A stretch of 64,000 nucleotides of DNA, from the NCBI GenBank assembly GCA_965277715.1, contig OZ255836.1, positions 2,304,001-2,368,000 on the forward strand, given 5' to 3'. Every line of letters begins with the position of its first letter. Position 1 is the first letter of the stretch. The DNA is from Gammaproteobacteria bacterium. Its GTDB lineage: Bacteria > Pseudomonadota > Gammaproteobacteria > JBCCGL01. The notes under the pieces were generated by a model. That model was not told the origin of the DNA. It did no database searches and saw nothing but the letters and a program-made list of their open reading frames with translations. Below, piece by piece: positions 42,715 through 52,326 of this stretch. The translations under genes and the position numbers were made by a program.

Positions 42715-44243
42715 CAATACCGCTACCTCAGGTTTAACCCAATGAATCTTTTAGTCTCTGAGAGGCCTTGATACGAGGTTCAGTTAACCGTGGGTAGGCT
42801 TTTGGTCGTCGTTTAATTGCCCTTGGTTGGGGTGATCGTTTTCTCCTGCCAATTAACGTTGAAGCGATCATTTTTAATAAGGAAGTGTACGCTTTTTGTA
42901 TCATACTGGATGTTGAATGGATGAATTTAATATGAGCAATACCCAGTAGCTGTACCGTTGCCTTAAAACTTATTTGACGTGCTATTTCACCCTCTGTTTT
43001 TGCTGACTCTGCCATGCTACCCCGAATCAGGTTATAAGCCATAAAGGTTGTTGCTATTTCTTTTTCAACCATCTCGGGTGAATGGCATCGCAACATATCC
43101 ATTTTCAAATCTGTTTTAATTGTACGAAAATCCAATTCAACTTTCCAACGTTCCTTATACAGTGTTGAAAGCTCTTTCTTAGGGTAAGTATCAACCTCCA
43201 ACAAAGTGCTAACATAGACTGTCCCATCCACTGAAAATTCTCGAACTGTCAGGGTTTTCGGCAATAGATCAAAGTCTGATTGCGACATCCAAACCGGTTT
43301 TCTTTTAGGTTTTTTCCACTCGATAAGATGATCTTTTGCACCAAGCGTTAACCCTGTTTTGTAATCCGCTTTCTTTTGTGCGTGATTCATTGAGACGAAT
43401 GCAACCCCTTTCGATTGTAGAGCCGCTAAGACAGCATAAGTACAGTAATAGCGGTCTGCCAGTAATAGATCATTGGCGGTTAATGACGTCATCAGGGTAC
43501 TGAATAATGACATTTCCCCTGTTCCCTTTCCTTGATACTCTCCCATTGCATAATCAATAATAGCGCCAGAACTTAAAGAAATGAGTCCGACTATTCGAGC
43601 AATAGGAAAACCTAAACCCGGTTTTTGAGTCTGTTGCTGGGGGTATTTATGTTGATTTTTCTGGGTATCAGGCATGAGAACAGTGGTTCCATCCACAAGC
43701 ACCACATTATACCCTTTCCATGTCCAAATTTTACCTGCTCTGGCATGTAACGTTGAACCGATTGAACGTACCTCCTGAAGTACCCACGACAGAGATAAAC
43801 GTTGGCGGGCTTTACAGTAAGGACCGCTATTAAAAGAACTTGGAAGCAGGTTTTCCTGTAAACGATCAACTAGCAGACGGGCGACTGTTTCTTTACAACT
43901 GCCATTATCACTTAACACCTGCCAGAGAAATAAACGCAGTGTAACAAGTGGGGTGAATACCCGGTCTCGATAGCTGCCCGATAGTTCGCTTAGGTCGTTT
44001 AGACGCTTGGAACAGAGTAAATTATTAAAGTCTCCTGTGTTTAACTGAAAAAAAACACGTTTGATCGTTTTAATTTGCTGTCGGATAGTGAATTTCATAG
44101 AATAGGTCAGCGTTAGGTTTTTTGGCGAAGTACTTGTGTGTTTTGTCGCTTACAAGGATACTTCAAAAGGAAACCTAACGTTACCCATCTATATGACTTT
44201 TAACGTTATTTTAGTTCTTCACCAGGCTGAGGTAGCGGTATTG
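42715..44243 (-). mobile_element. IS4-family IS with perfect 17-bp TIRs
   Basis: CAATACCGCTACCTCAG / CTGAGGTAGCGGTATTG. Confidence 0.92.
42734..44098 (-). CDS. IS4 transposase
   Basis: VDGTT, LADRYY, YKERWKVELDFRTIK (YREK motif). Confidence 0.93.
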   Translation of the reverse strand: MKFTIRQQIKTIKRVFFQLNTGDFNNLLCSKRLNDLSELSGSYRDRVFTPLVTLRLFLWQVLSDNGSCKETVARLLVDRLQENLLPSSFNSGPYCKARQRLSLSWVLQEVRSIGSTLHARAGKIWTWKGYNVVLVDGTTVLMPDTQKNQHKYPQQQTQKPGLGFPIARIVGLISLSSGAIIDYAMGEYQGKGTGEMSLFSTLMTSLTANDLLLADRYYCTYAVLAALQSKGVAFVSMNHAQKKADYKTGLTLGAKDHLIEWKKPKRKPVWMSQSDFDLLPKTLTVREFSVDGTVYVSTLLEVDTYPKKELSTLYKERWKVELDFRTIKTDLKMDMLRCHSPEMVEKEIATTFMAYNLIRGSMAESAKTEGEIARQISFKATVQLLGIAHIKFIHSTSSMIQKAYTSLLKMIASTLIGRRKRSPQPRAIKRRPKAYPRLTEPRIKASQRLKDSLG

Positions 44244-44254
44244 GGGTCATATAT

Positions 44255-44635
44255 CAATGGCACTTCCTTAAGCTGTAAGTATTTGAAGTAATTACAAAAA
44301 AAGCTGGTTCTATGGTAGGTTATTTGTTGCCAACACAAATACCCTTTATCCCACAGGAACCAGCTATCATGCAGAGTAATGTAAAAGTCAACATTCTTCA
44401 ACGTCGCATCAAAAGCCGAGCTCAATCCTCGGATACATTGAGCTTTTATCACTTGCTGACATCCTCTCAGTTACTTACGAAACTGGAAGAATTACAACCG
44501 GATTTTCGAGCGCGTCGCTATCCTCCTCTAGACACCTTATCGCTGTTTTTATACCAAACAATGAGTGCAGATCAGTCCTGCCAACAAGCTGTCAACACAC
44601 TCGCTGTACAGCGATTAAGTGAAGGTTTATCAGGG
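44255..44635 (+). pseudogene. Truncated second IS4 (left end plus N-terminal transposase)
   Basis: End CAATGGCACTTCCTTAAG; RARRYPPLDTLSLFLYQTMSADQSCQQAV. Confidence 0.75.
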
Positions 44636-44741
44636 TATTGGGGTCAGGCTTATTATTCACCATACAACGACTAATACGGATAAAAACAGTGGTTTCCAGC
44701 AAGAAATATGGGAAATAACTGCCTTGACCCCTTTTGATTCT

Positions 44742-44826
44742 TAGGAGCGCCATAGTTACCATCACCTTCACTATCGGAACGAATAGTTCCCCCGGTCGGA
44801 TTTGTTAAGCTTTCCTGTTGTGCAAC
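44742..44826 (-). repeat. 85-bp exact copy of the start of the M23 toxin tip (45651-45735)
   Basis: Encodes VAQQESLTNPTGGTIRSDSEGDGNYGAP. Confidence 0.9.
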
Positions 44827-44869
44827 AGAGTAACAACAGGCATCGTAAGCAAAGGTCATCAGCGACCAC

Positions 44870-45289
44870 TCATCGCTTATTGGGTAGCCTTTCGTATACT
44901 TCACCAAGTTTATCGTCTAAATCAGGTAAAAGAATCATTTCTTTATTCGTTAGTTTTAATATTTTTAACCCTAATGAAGAAGCACTATTGATTAAATGAT
45001 AGTTATCCTTAAAGGTACGCTCAGATAAAATTATTTTGCTAGAATTTTTATCGAACGTCCATACACCGTACTCCGTTATCGGTCTTTCTACATCCGAACC
45101 ATAACAATCATTTAAAACATAATACGAACTAACAGATTCTAGAACTAAAACGTCAGGACATTCTATCGCTATGCTTTTACCAACAGTACCAACATAGCGC
45201 CAATGACCATACACAGAGTCATCGGCATGGCTACAGCCGCTTACACCATTTAGTAGCACTACGAAAATAAAAATAATTGATCTAATCAT
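44870..45289 (-). CDS. Putative lipoprotein immunity protein (lipocalin-like)
   Basis: Lipobox VSGC; VYGHW...GVWTF...ILKLTNKEMIL; 2-bp gap after the M23 tip. Confidence 0.65.
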   Translation of the reverse strand: MIRSIIFIFVVLLNGVSGCSHADDSVYGHWRYVGTVGKSIAIECPDVLVLESVSSYYVLNDCYGSDVERPITEYGVWTFDKNSSKIILSERTFKDNYHLINSASSLGLKILKLTNKEMILLPDLDDKLGEVYERLPNKR

Positions 45290-45291
45290 CT

Positions 45292-46312
45292 TTAGGGCCC
45301 ACTGGGGAAAAAATATGGTGTTGGGTCAACCCATTGCCCACCACTTTGAATTTGTATGTGGACGTGTGGTGTTACTCCATTTGAATAGCCAAGCCCTTGT
45401 AGATTTACAGAATTGCCTATCAACCCTCCTTGGGAAACGTTATACCTACCGCCTGAGTTTGTACTACTTGGCCCAACATACAAAATCCTAATCAGATCAA
45501 TATTAAGAGACTGGTCTGACGGTGTTATATCAACGATTGGATAACCTGTCGTAGCACCAGTAAAGTTAACCGCTGTGCCATCAGCGGGCGAAACAACACC
45601 TTGTCCATCAACGCTAGTTATATCTATACCTCGGTGGCTCCTGTTTCCTCTAGGAGCGCCATAGTTACCATCACCTTCACTATCGGAACGAATAGTTCCC
45701 CCGGTCGGATTTGTTAAGCTTTCCTGTTGTGCAACCTGTTGATCATTGTACATATAAACAAAAGCCGCCTGAATAGCCCCCTGCAAAAAATCCCCTCCAG
45801 CCGCCTTACTCGCCAGTCCACCCAAAATCGACACACCAGCAACATTATCCAGTGCAGTTCCTTCTAAATAATGCCCCCCAACCTTCGCAACAAACCCACT
45901 GGCAAGCCCCGCCTGAAACTCCCCTCCCTGAATTTCACTAATCAATCCCTGAAAAACTCCATGCGCCAACGCCTGCGAAAACCACGCATTCTCTCCAGTA
46001 AAAATGCCACCATGACCTATTTGATCCGTAACCCCTCCACTCACACCACCAATAATCCCTCCCTGAAGCGCCGCACCAAAACCACCACCGCTGGCGAAAT
46101 AGCCGTTCACAAACCCCACCAAAGCACCATTGGCTACCGCTGCTCCAGTCGCACCTAACGTCGTTGAGATTGCCAGACCCAGTTCTATTATGGTCGTACT
46201 GACAACAGTATTTGCCGAAAATACAGGATTGGCTATCAACAACGCACTGGCCACAGCAAAACTCACCGTGCGAACCGTTGGGTCATCCGTGGTGGGTCCG
46301 ATAACATAAAGC
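45292..46312 (-). pseudogene. Orphan toxin cassette: post-Rhs linker plus M23 (LytM) peptidase
   Basis: TTDDPTVRTVSFAVA homologous to the Rhs post-DPSG segment; HRGID, PHVH, WVDP. Confidence 0.85.
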
Positions 46313-46756
46313 ACCGGGGCCAGATGGACACTACATATAAGTGACCCAATATTTGAGGGTAAATACTCCACTCTTTTAGCGGCACATATCTCGGGAAAAA
46401 CCATCGGTCTTAGGCATATAAGTTCTACATGCGGCCTGTATTCAGGTAATATTATCGAGATGATTAGTATTAACCTTTCCAACCAAAGCCAATAAACAGA
46501 ATTCAGTTCAAAGTTTTAAAAAAATTCACAATCGGATAATCACCGGGGGGAATCGAACCCCCGGTTTCGACAGAGAAATATCAAGTATTAGAGACAAGTT
46601 GTCTGACAGCAGTATACAGCTACTTTGCGGGGAAGATTTACCTATTGCTGTGATTTACCAAACTGCTGTTGTACAAACCATCTTTTTTTCAACCACATTC
46701 TGATCGTAGTAGCATCAAGGTTTTATAACGGCAATGTGGCACGCTACAATTAACCC

Positions 46757-46961
46757 ATGACATCATAAAGAGCAACCTACGAGAGTATCGTGGTCAGCCG
46801 AGGTTATCGTGCAGGTATGATATAGATGGGTAAAGTGTCAGGTTTTAATATGGTAAAAATATTTTTTGTTATGATCAGAGTGTGGCAAAAATGTCGGGAA
46901 AATGAAAAATATTATGATAAGTGATTTGGGAATTTATGCGATCATAAAATGGCACGCTACA
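46757..46961. repeat. 205-bp dispersed repeat copy
   Basis: Aligns with 35123-35327. Confidence 0.9.
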
Positions 46962-46969
46962 TGTAGCAA

Positions 46970-47758
46970 TTAGGTTTCGTTTTGTAGCTTAGTTTTCAAC
47001 CGATTCCAATGAAAAAAAAGCCCTCTATCGAGACATCTTGAAGAAATTTCATCAAAAGCCTCCCAGGATCGACGCATAGAATCACTAAAGTCTAACGAAG
47101 AAAGGCATTGCAATTGATTTTCATAATCGATTCTTAGCTTCCTAAGTTGATCCTCTATCGATTTTATATAATCCCACAACGAAATAACGATTTTTCCTTT
47201 AAAATCTGCCCACGGATAAATATAATTATCATCTATAGAGTTATTATCAGAAGTTGTATCCCAAAAAATATACATATAACCCTCTATCCTAAAAACACGA
47301 TATGCGACATTTAAATCCCATAATATGACCCCATCCTCATTATTTTTATTTAATGCAGTTGTATAAAACTCTCTTGAGTCAGACCAATAGTCTTTCTCAT
47401 AATCTCCACTTAATTCCTGTAAAATTTCTCTATATGTCGAAGCTCCTTCAATTATTTCTTTCTCCCTACCGTCTAATGCTACGGCCTGCCTGCTAACAGA
47501 TTCGATAAAATCATCCATATATTGATAGATATCACAAAATACACCAGACCGCTCACCTATAACATCTGGCCATTTTCTTCTACCTTGCTCAGAATAAATA
47601 TACAATGACATATTATTTAATTTGATATCGACTCGACCCCACAAAAGATGGTCAAATCCTCCTTCATATAAATTTGCAATATCCCATAGTGTCTCTTCTA
47701 TAGGGCGAAGCTCAAGGAAAATTTCAAATTTACCGTTCATGTCAAAAAATACCCTCAC
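46970..47758 (-). CDS. Hypothetical AT-rich protein, possibly an orphan immunity protein
   Basis: 262-aa ORF in the toxin array, acidic and aromatic composition, no recognised motif. Confidence 0.5.
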   Translation of the reverse strand: MRVFFDMNGKFEIFLELRPIEETLWDIANLYEGGFDHLLWGRVDIKLNNMSLYIYSEQGRRKWPDVIGERSGVFCDIYQYMDDFIESVSRQAVALDGREKEIIEGASTYREILQELSGDYEKDYWSDSREFYTTALNKNNEDGVILWDLNVAYRVFRIEGYMYIFWDTTSDNNSIDDNYIYPWADFKGKIVISLWDYIKSIEDQLRKLRIDYENQLQCLSSLDFSDSMRRSWEAFDEISSRCLDRGLFFHWNRLKTKLQNET

Positions 47759-47849
47759 CTACGAAGGTGACTAAATAAACCGCTGGGAGGCGTTCTAAGG
47801 AAAAAAACAAAACCTTTAGGCAACTTAAATCGAGAAACCTCACCACTAA

Positions 47850-47949
47850 CAGGGTGCAAGTTCGTAACGAACAGCGTAAACTGTCCGGGTCTTCACCTAA
47901 TCTTCACACAGTGAAAATCAGGCAGAAGACCGAGCGAACTTGCATCTTG
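47850..47949. repeat. ~100-bp imperfect palindrome
   Basis: CAGGGTGCAAGTTCG...CGAACTTGCATCTTG with inner GGTCTTC/GAAGACC. Confidence 0.6.
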
Positions 47950-48075
47950 CCAAAGGCCAGCCCTTGGAACCCGCGAGGGGTATTTTACCAAAAATTTCCC
48001 CTTCAATCCCCCTAAAGGTTTGACATTGGCAGATTTTGAATAAAATGGGTTTATATCAACTTTTAAGTACTGCCA

Positions 48076-49110
48076 ATGATCAATCAGAAGAACAAGCCAA
48101 ATCTTTTGATACCTGTTACTCCAGAGGAGCAACAGGCGCTTGCTGGTATCAAGAAAACGTTTAAATCTTCACTTCATGCGATCATGGAAAAGAACAATCA
48201 ACTCAATGCCAAATTTAATTTGACCACTGTATGGCCAGAAACAGATGATCTACCAACGCTGTATAGTCAACTTAGCGAACTAAAACATTGCCTCGATAGC
48301 TTTCACCCTATCGCACCTGAAACCATCATGGATATGGAAGCATTATGGGATATTCAGTACACCTATGAATCCAATCGTATCGAGGGTAACTCGCTGACTT
48401 TGGATGAGACGCTGCATGTCATTGAAAAAGGCTTAACCATTGGTGGAAAGCCTTTGAATGATCATTTAGAGGCGATTAATCATCAGGATGCTATTCATTA
48501 TATCCGTGATTTTGTTGAAGGAAATGCTGCACGAAACAGCCAGTTTACCGAGCGCACTTTGCTCACTATCCATGCCTTGATTCTCAAAGGTATTCGTGAC
48601 CGTGATGCCGGACATTATCGCAGGCAACCTGTATATATCTTGCAGTCGGATGGTAAAAGGCACGAGTTTCCTGATGCCTATTTATTGCCAAAATTGGTTG
48701 AAGACTATTTTATTTTCTATAACGAAAATAAAGAGGAAATGCACCCCGTTGAAATGGCTGCCCATTTGCACCAACGATTAGTCAATATTCATCCCTTTAT
48801 TGACGGTAACGGTCGTACTTCACGTTTAGTGATGAACCTGCACTTATTACAGCAAGGTTATCCCATCGCGATTATTGATTCAGAGATGGATAAAAGACAG
48901 GCGTATTACCGCATTTTAGGAGAGTATCAAAGCGTCTCAGATAGCGACAGTAAACCTTTTGAATTATTTGTTGCTCAAAAAGCGAAAGATGCCTTGTTTG
49001 AATATTTGCAATTTCTATCTGCGGATCAAAATGATGATGCGATAGATAAGGGTTATTACTTTTTCAAAAAGATAGCCTCACATTTACCTAACAAAAACAC
49101 TAACGACTAA
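48076..49110 (+). CDS. Fic family AMP-transferase (class II)
   Basis: HPFIDGNGRTSR; inhibitory helix SNRIEGN. Confidence 0.93.
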   Translation: MINQKNKPNLLIPVTPEEQQALAGIKKTFKSSLHAIMEKNNQLNAKFNLTTVWPETDDLPTLYSQLSELKHCLDSFHPIAPETIMDMEALWDIQYTYESNRIEGNSLTLDETLHVIEKGLTIGGKPLNDHLEAINHQDAIHYIRDFVEGNAARNSQFTERTLLTIHALILKGIRDRDAGHYRRQPVYILQSDGKRHEFPDAYLLPKLVEDYFIFYNENKEEMHPVEMAAHLHQRLVNIHPFIDGNGRTSRLVMNLHLLQQGYPIAIIDSEMDKRQAYYRILGEYQSVSDSDSKPFELFVAQKAKDALFEYLQFLSADQNDDAIDKGYYFFKKIASHLPNKNTND

Positions 49111-49120
49111 ACCATCTGGT

Positions 49121-49300
49121 TTGTATGCTGTGCCAGAAACACCGGAATTGAACAGCCGGTTAGCGTTGGCCGATACACTGCATGAACGTCTTCAGGCAGC
49201 GAAAGAAGCCAGCCCAGCTTTGTGGCCTACGATTGTCTCTAAACTCAGAGTGGATTGGGCATACAACTCCAATACCATTGAGGGAAGCACCTTTCCATAG
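49121..49300 (+). pseudogene. N-terminal fragment of a second Fic protein (59 codons)
   Basis: KLRVDWAYNSNTIEGST followed by a stop. Confidence 0.65.
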
Positions 49301-49423
49301 CCATCAGTTTATGGGTTTCTGAAAACAGGCCAAATACTATTACCCAAATAAAGCTGTTTTCTTTCCTGTTTAAATTTATTCTTTATGTGTAGACAGCTAT
49401 AACATAAGCATTTAAAAACACCC

Positions 49424-50017
49424 TTATTGAGTACTTTCTGCCTGCTTTTCCAGGAAAGAAACCATATCATCGTTTTGTACGCGATAATAAATTTCTTCTA
49501 CGGAGAGAATCAAATCGATAGACTCAAAGGTGACAGCATCACCGAGGTAGTAGTGCGTTGAACCCCAGTTGCTACTTCTTCGGCATACTTCTATATCGAC
49601 AAAATCTGGCTCTATGAGAACATACTCTTGAAGCGTTGGGAGAGAGAGATAGGCGAATTTCTTATGTGTCCTGTCTTGATAGCGTGTGCTTTCTGAGAGC
49701 ACTTCAACGATTATTACAGGCGTTTCAGTTGAAACACTCCCCCGCTCTAACGCGGAGCAGTCAACCAAAACATCGGGATAATAGTAGTTATTTTCTACTT
49801 GTACTTTCATATCCGATGAAAATGGTTGACAAGGACTCCCTTCGAGATGGTTGCCGAAAGCTCGCGATACGTTTCCAGTTATTTGGTTATGCTCCAGCTT
49901 GGCACCAGCCATAGCGTATACGTCACCATTAATGTATTCGTGACGTACTTCACCATCGCGTTCTCCCGCTAAATATTCTTCCTGCGTGATGCCTGCTAAT
50001 TTCTTGGCGACTGACAT
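49424..50017 (-). CDS. Uma2 family endonuclease
   Basis: RHEYINGDVYAMAGA, YYPDV, IVEVLSEST, EYVLIE. Confidence 0.93.
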   Translation of the reverse strand: MSVAKKLAGITQEEYLAGERDGEVRHEYINGDVYAMAGAKLEHNQITGNVSRAFGNHLEGSPCQPFSSDMKVQVENNYYYPDVLVDCSALERGSVSTETPVIIVEVLSESTRYQDRTHKKFAYLSLPTLQEYVLIEPDFVDIEVCRRSSNWGSTHYYLGDAVTFESIDLILSVEEIYYRVQNDDMVSFLEKQAESTQ

Positions 50018-50231
50018 GGTATAAATCTCTCTATTGAATTGGCATGATCCATAATTCGATATTGCCAGGATGCTTTGTTTTTTCGGGTTCTTCACAAATT
50101 GTTGTGAAACCCCATTCAGTAAATTTGGAGCTGTATCCCGTTTTTCACAATAAAAACGTATGCCTAGGCACACTAAAAAAATCGTAGACTATGTCACGGC
50201 CAGGCAGTGACTCACCGCATTGATAGAAACA

Positions 50232-51095
50232 TCACTCTATATTCTGCACCTGCTCACGCATTTGTTCGATTAAGACTTTTAAATCGACCGAACTGCCTGT
50301 CGTCGCCACGTCCTGTGATTTCGACCCCAGTGTATTGGCCTCACGGTTTAACTCCTGCATAAGAAAATCCAAACGCCGCCCCACAGGCTCATCGCGCTTC
50401 AGTACTTTCTTTACTTCGGTGATATGTGCCTCAAGGCGATCCAGTTCTTCATCGACGTCGAGTTTTTGTGCGGCGTACACCAGCTCCTGTTCAAGCCGCT
50501 GTTGATCCGGCTCGACACTTAGCTCGTCGAGTTTTTGCTGTAGCCGCTCCTGTAAACGCTGCACAATAGTGGGCCTGTGCTGGCGCTGATCCACCACGAT
50601 ACCATCGATGGTTGTGCAGCGGTCGAGTATCATTTTTTCAGTGAGTGCGCCCTCACGTTCGCGTGTGGCAATAAAGTCAGCAAGGGTTTCTTCGATTAAC
50701 GTTATCGCCGCTTTTTGTACGGTGCCGGTATCACGCTCCTGTTGACTGACAACCCCCGGCCAGCGCAATACGTCGAGTACCGGGACGGGTGCCGGGTTCG
50801 GTATTTTCCCGGCAATTTGCTCGCAGGCATTTAACAAAGAGGCGGCAATTTGCTGGTTGACTTCAATATCACCAACGAGGTCTGACGGTTTGTAGCGCAG
50901 CGTGCACTCCACTTTTCCACGTTTTATTTTTTTACCCACTTTTTCACGCACCGACATTTCCAGCGAGCGCAGCTCATCCGGCAGCCGAACAAAAAGCTCC
51001 AGGTAACGGTGGTTGACGGCGCGCAACTCGCACACCAGTTTGCCCCACTCACCGTTTGCTTCCCGGTGGCCGAATGCTGTCATGCTTTTAATCAT
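50232..51095 (-). CDS. yicC: YicC/YloC endoribonuclease
   Basis: MIKSMTAF, VNHRYLE, GRRLDFLMQELNREANT, EQMREQVQNIE. Confidence 0.96.
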   Translation of the reverse strand: MIKSMTAFGHREANGEWGKLVCELRAVNHRYLELFVRLPDELRSLEMSVREKVGKKIKRGKVECTLRYKPSDLVGDIEVNQQIAASLLNACEQIAGKIPNPAPVPVLDVLRWPGVVSQQERDTGTVQKAAITLIEETLADFIATREREGALTEKMILDRCTTIDGIVVDQRQHRPTIVQRLQERLQQKLDELSVEPDQQRLEQELVYAAQKLDVDEELDRLEAHITEVKKVLKRDEPVGRRLDFLMQELNREANTLGSKSQDVATTGSSVDLKVLIEQMREQVQNIE

Positions 51096-51117
51096 GGTAC
51101 GTTCCCCTTGCGCAGCA

Positions 51118-52326
51118 CTAGGACGCTTTGCGCAGTGTGGATACTTCATCAAGTGATTCGACAATAACATCGGCGATGACTTCACAGTCTTGCAGTGTAA
51201 ACGTCAGCGGCACCCGCATATCACATAAAGTGCTGAGCAGTCGTGTGGTTTTTTCGAGGGTGCGATCACTATGCATATACTGCCAACTGTCGTGTCGGCT
51301 GGTGTAACCTTTTGGATCGGCATCACCAAACCATTTTATCGAGACGCCCCGCGTCGCGCAGGCATCGACAAAATCCCGTATCTGTTGTTCTGAGTAGCCC
51401 GGCAGTGAGAACTGAATAGAACTACCGACAAACGATTCGTGTGCAGGGCGCTGCGGAATCATTACATCGGGCATGCTGCGCAAGCGTGCGTCTAACGCAA
51501 AATAGCGTTCATTCCAGCGCGCACACTGTTCATCGAGCAAAGCGAGCTGTGGCCGGAGAATCGCCGCCCGCAGGTTATCCATGCGCCCGCTGTAGTTGGG
51601 TGTACCCAGGCGCATATCGGCAAACGCATCGGCCTCCGGTGCCGCAGTGTGCTCGCCATAGAGCATATAAGAACCGGAGTAAATGATGGCGCGTTTGATC
51701 ACTTCTTCATCATCGGTGACCAACAAGCCCCCTTCCCCGGAGTTGATGTGCTTGTAGGTTTGGGTGCTAAAACAGGCCACTTTGCCAAAGCTACCGCTGA
51801 GTTTGCCACGCCAGCGCGCACCCATGGTGTGGGCGCAGTCTTCGATTAGCACAATGTTGTGAGCCCTGCACAGCGAGGCAATGGCATCCATATCAGCGAT
51901 ATGGCCACGCATATGCGAGAGCAGAAAAAAACGGGCGCCGCTGGCCTGTGCAGTGGCGCGCAGGTCGTCGATATCAATTTTGTAGTCATCGCCGGTTTCG
52001 ACTAACACGGCTTCACCGCCCGCATTATTGATTGCCCCAGGGACGGGGGACAATGTAAAGGCATTGGTCAGCACCTTGTCGCCGGGTTGTACGCCAACAC
52101 TGCGCAGTGCGATATGAATGGCGTAACCACCTGACGCACACGCCAGACAATACGGCATCGCCATATACCCGGCGAATGCCTGCTCCAGCAGATCGGTCTC
52201 GCCCTGCTCGCCGGGGTTGGTGTTATAGCGATGCAGTCGGCCACCGCGCAATACCGAAATAGCCGCTTCAATACCAGCTTCGGGGATCGATTCCTGCTGG
52301 GTAAACGATTTGTCGAATATGATCAT
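51118..52326 (-). CDS. DegT/DnrJ/EryC1/StrS PLP aminotransferase
   Basis: IEDCAH, FSTQTYKHINSGEGG. Confidence 0.9.
   Translation of the reverse strand: MIIFDKSFTQQESIPEAGIEAAISVLRGGRLHRYNTNPGEQGETDLLEQAFAGYMAMPYCLACASGGYAIHIALRSVGVQPGDKVLTNAFTLSPVPGAINNAGGEAVLVETGDDYKIDIDDLRATAQASGARFFLLSHMRGHIADMDAIASLCRAHNIVLIEDCAHTMGARWRGKLSGSFGKVACFSTQTYKHINSGEGGLLVTDDEEVIKRAIIYSGSYMLYGEHTAAPEADAFADMRLGTPNYSGRMDNLRAAILRPQLALLDEQCARWNERYFALDARLRSMPDVMIPQRPAHESFVGSSIQFSLPGYSEQQIRDFVDACATRGVSIKWFGDADPKGYTSRHDSWQYMHSDRTLEKTTRLLSTLCDMRVPLTFTLQDCEVIADVIVESLDEVSTLRKAS

Noticed and set aside
46543-46564. tRNA or tmRNA gene
   Set aside because: Only a T-arm-like hairpin; no acceptor stem, CCA end or other arms
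32574-47758. Integron cassette array
   Set aside because: No intI, and no attC-like RYYYAAC...GTTRRRY hairpins recognised between genes
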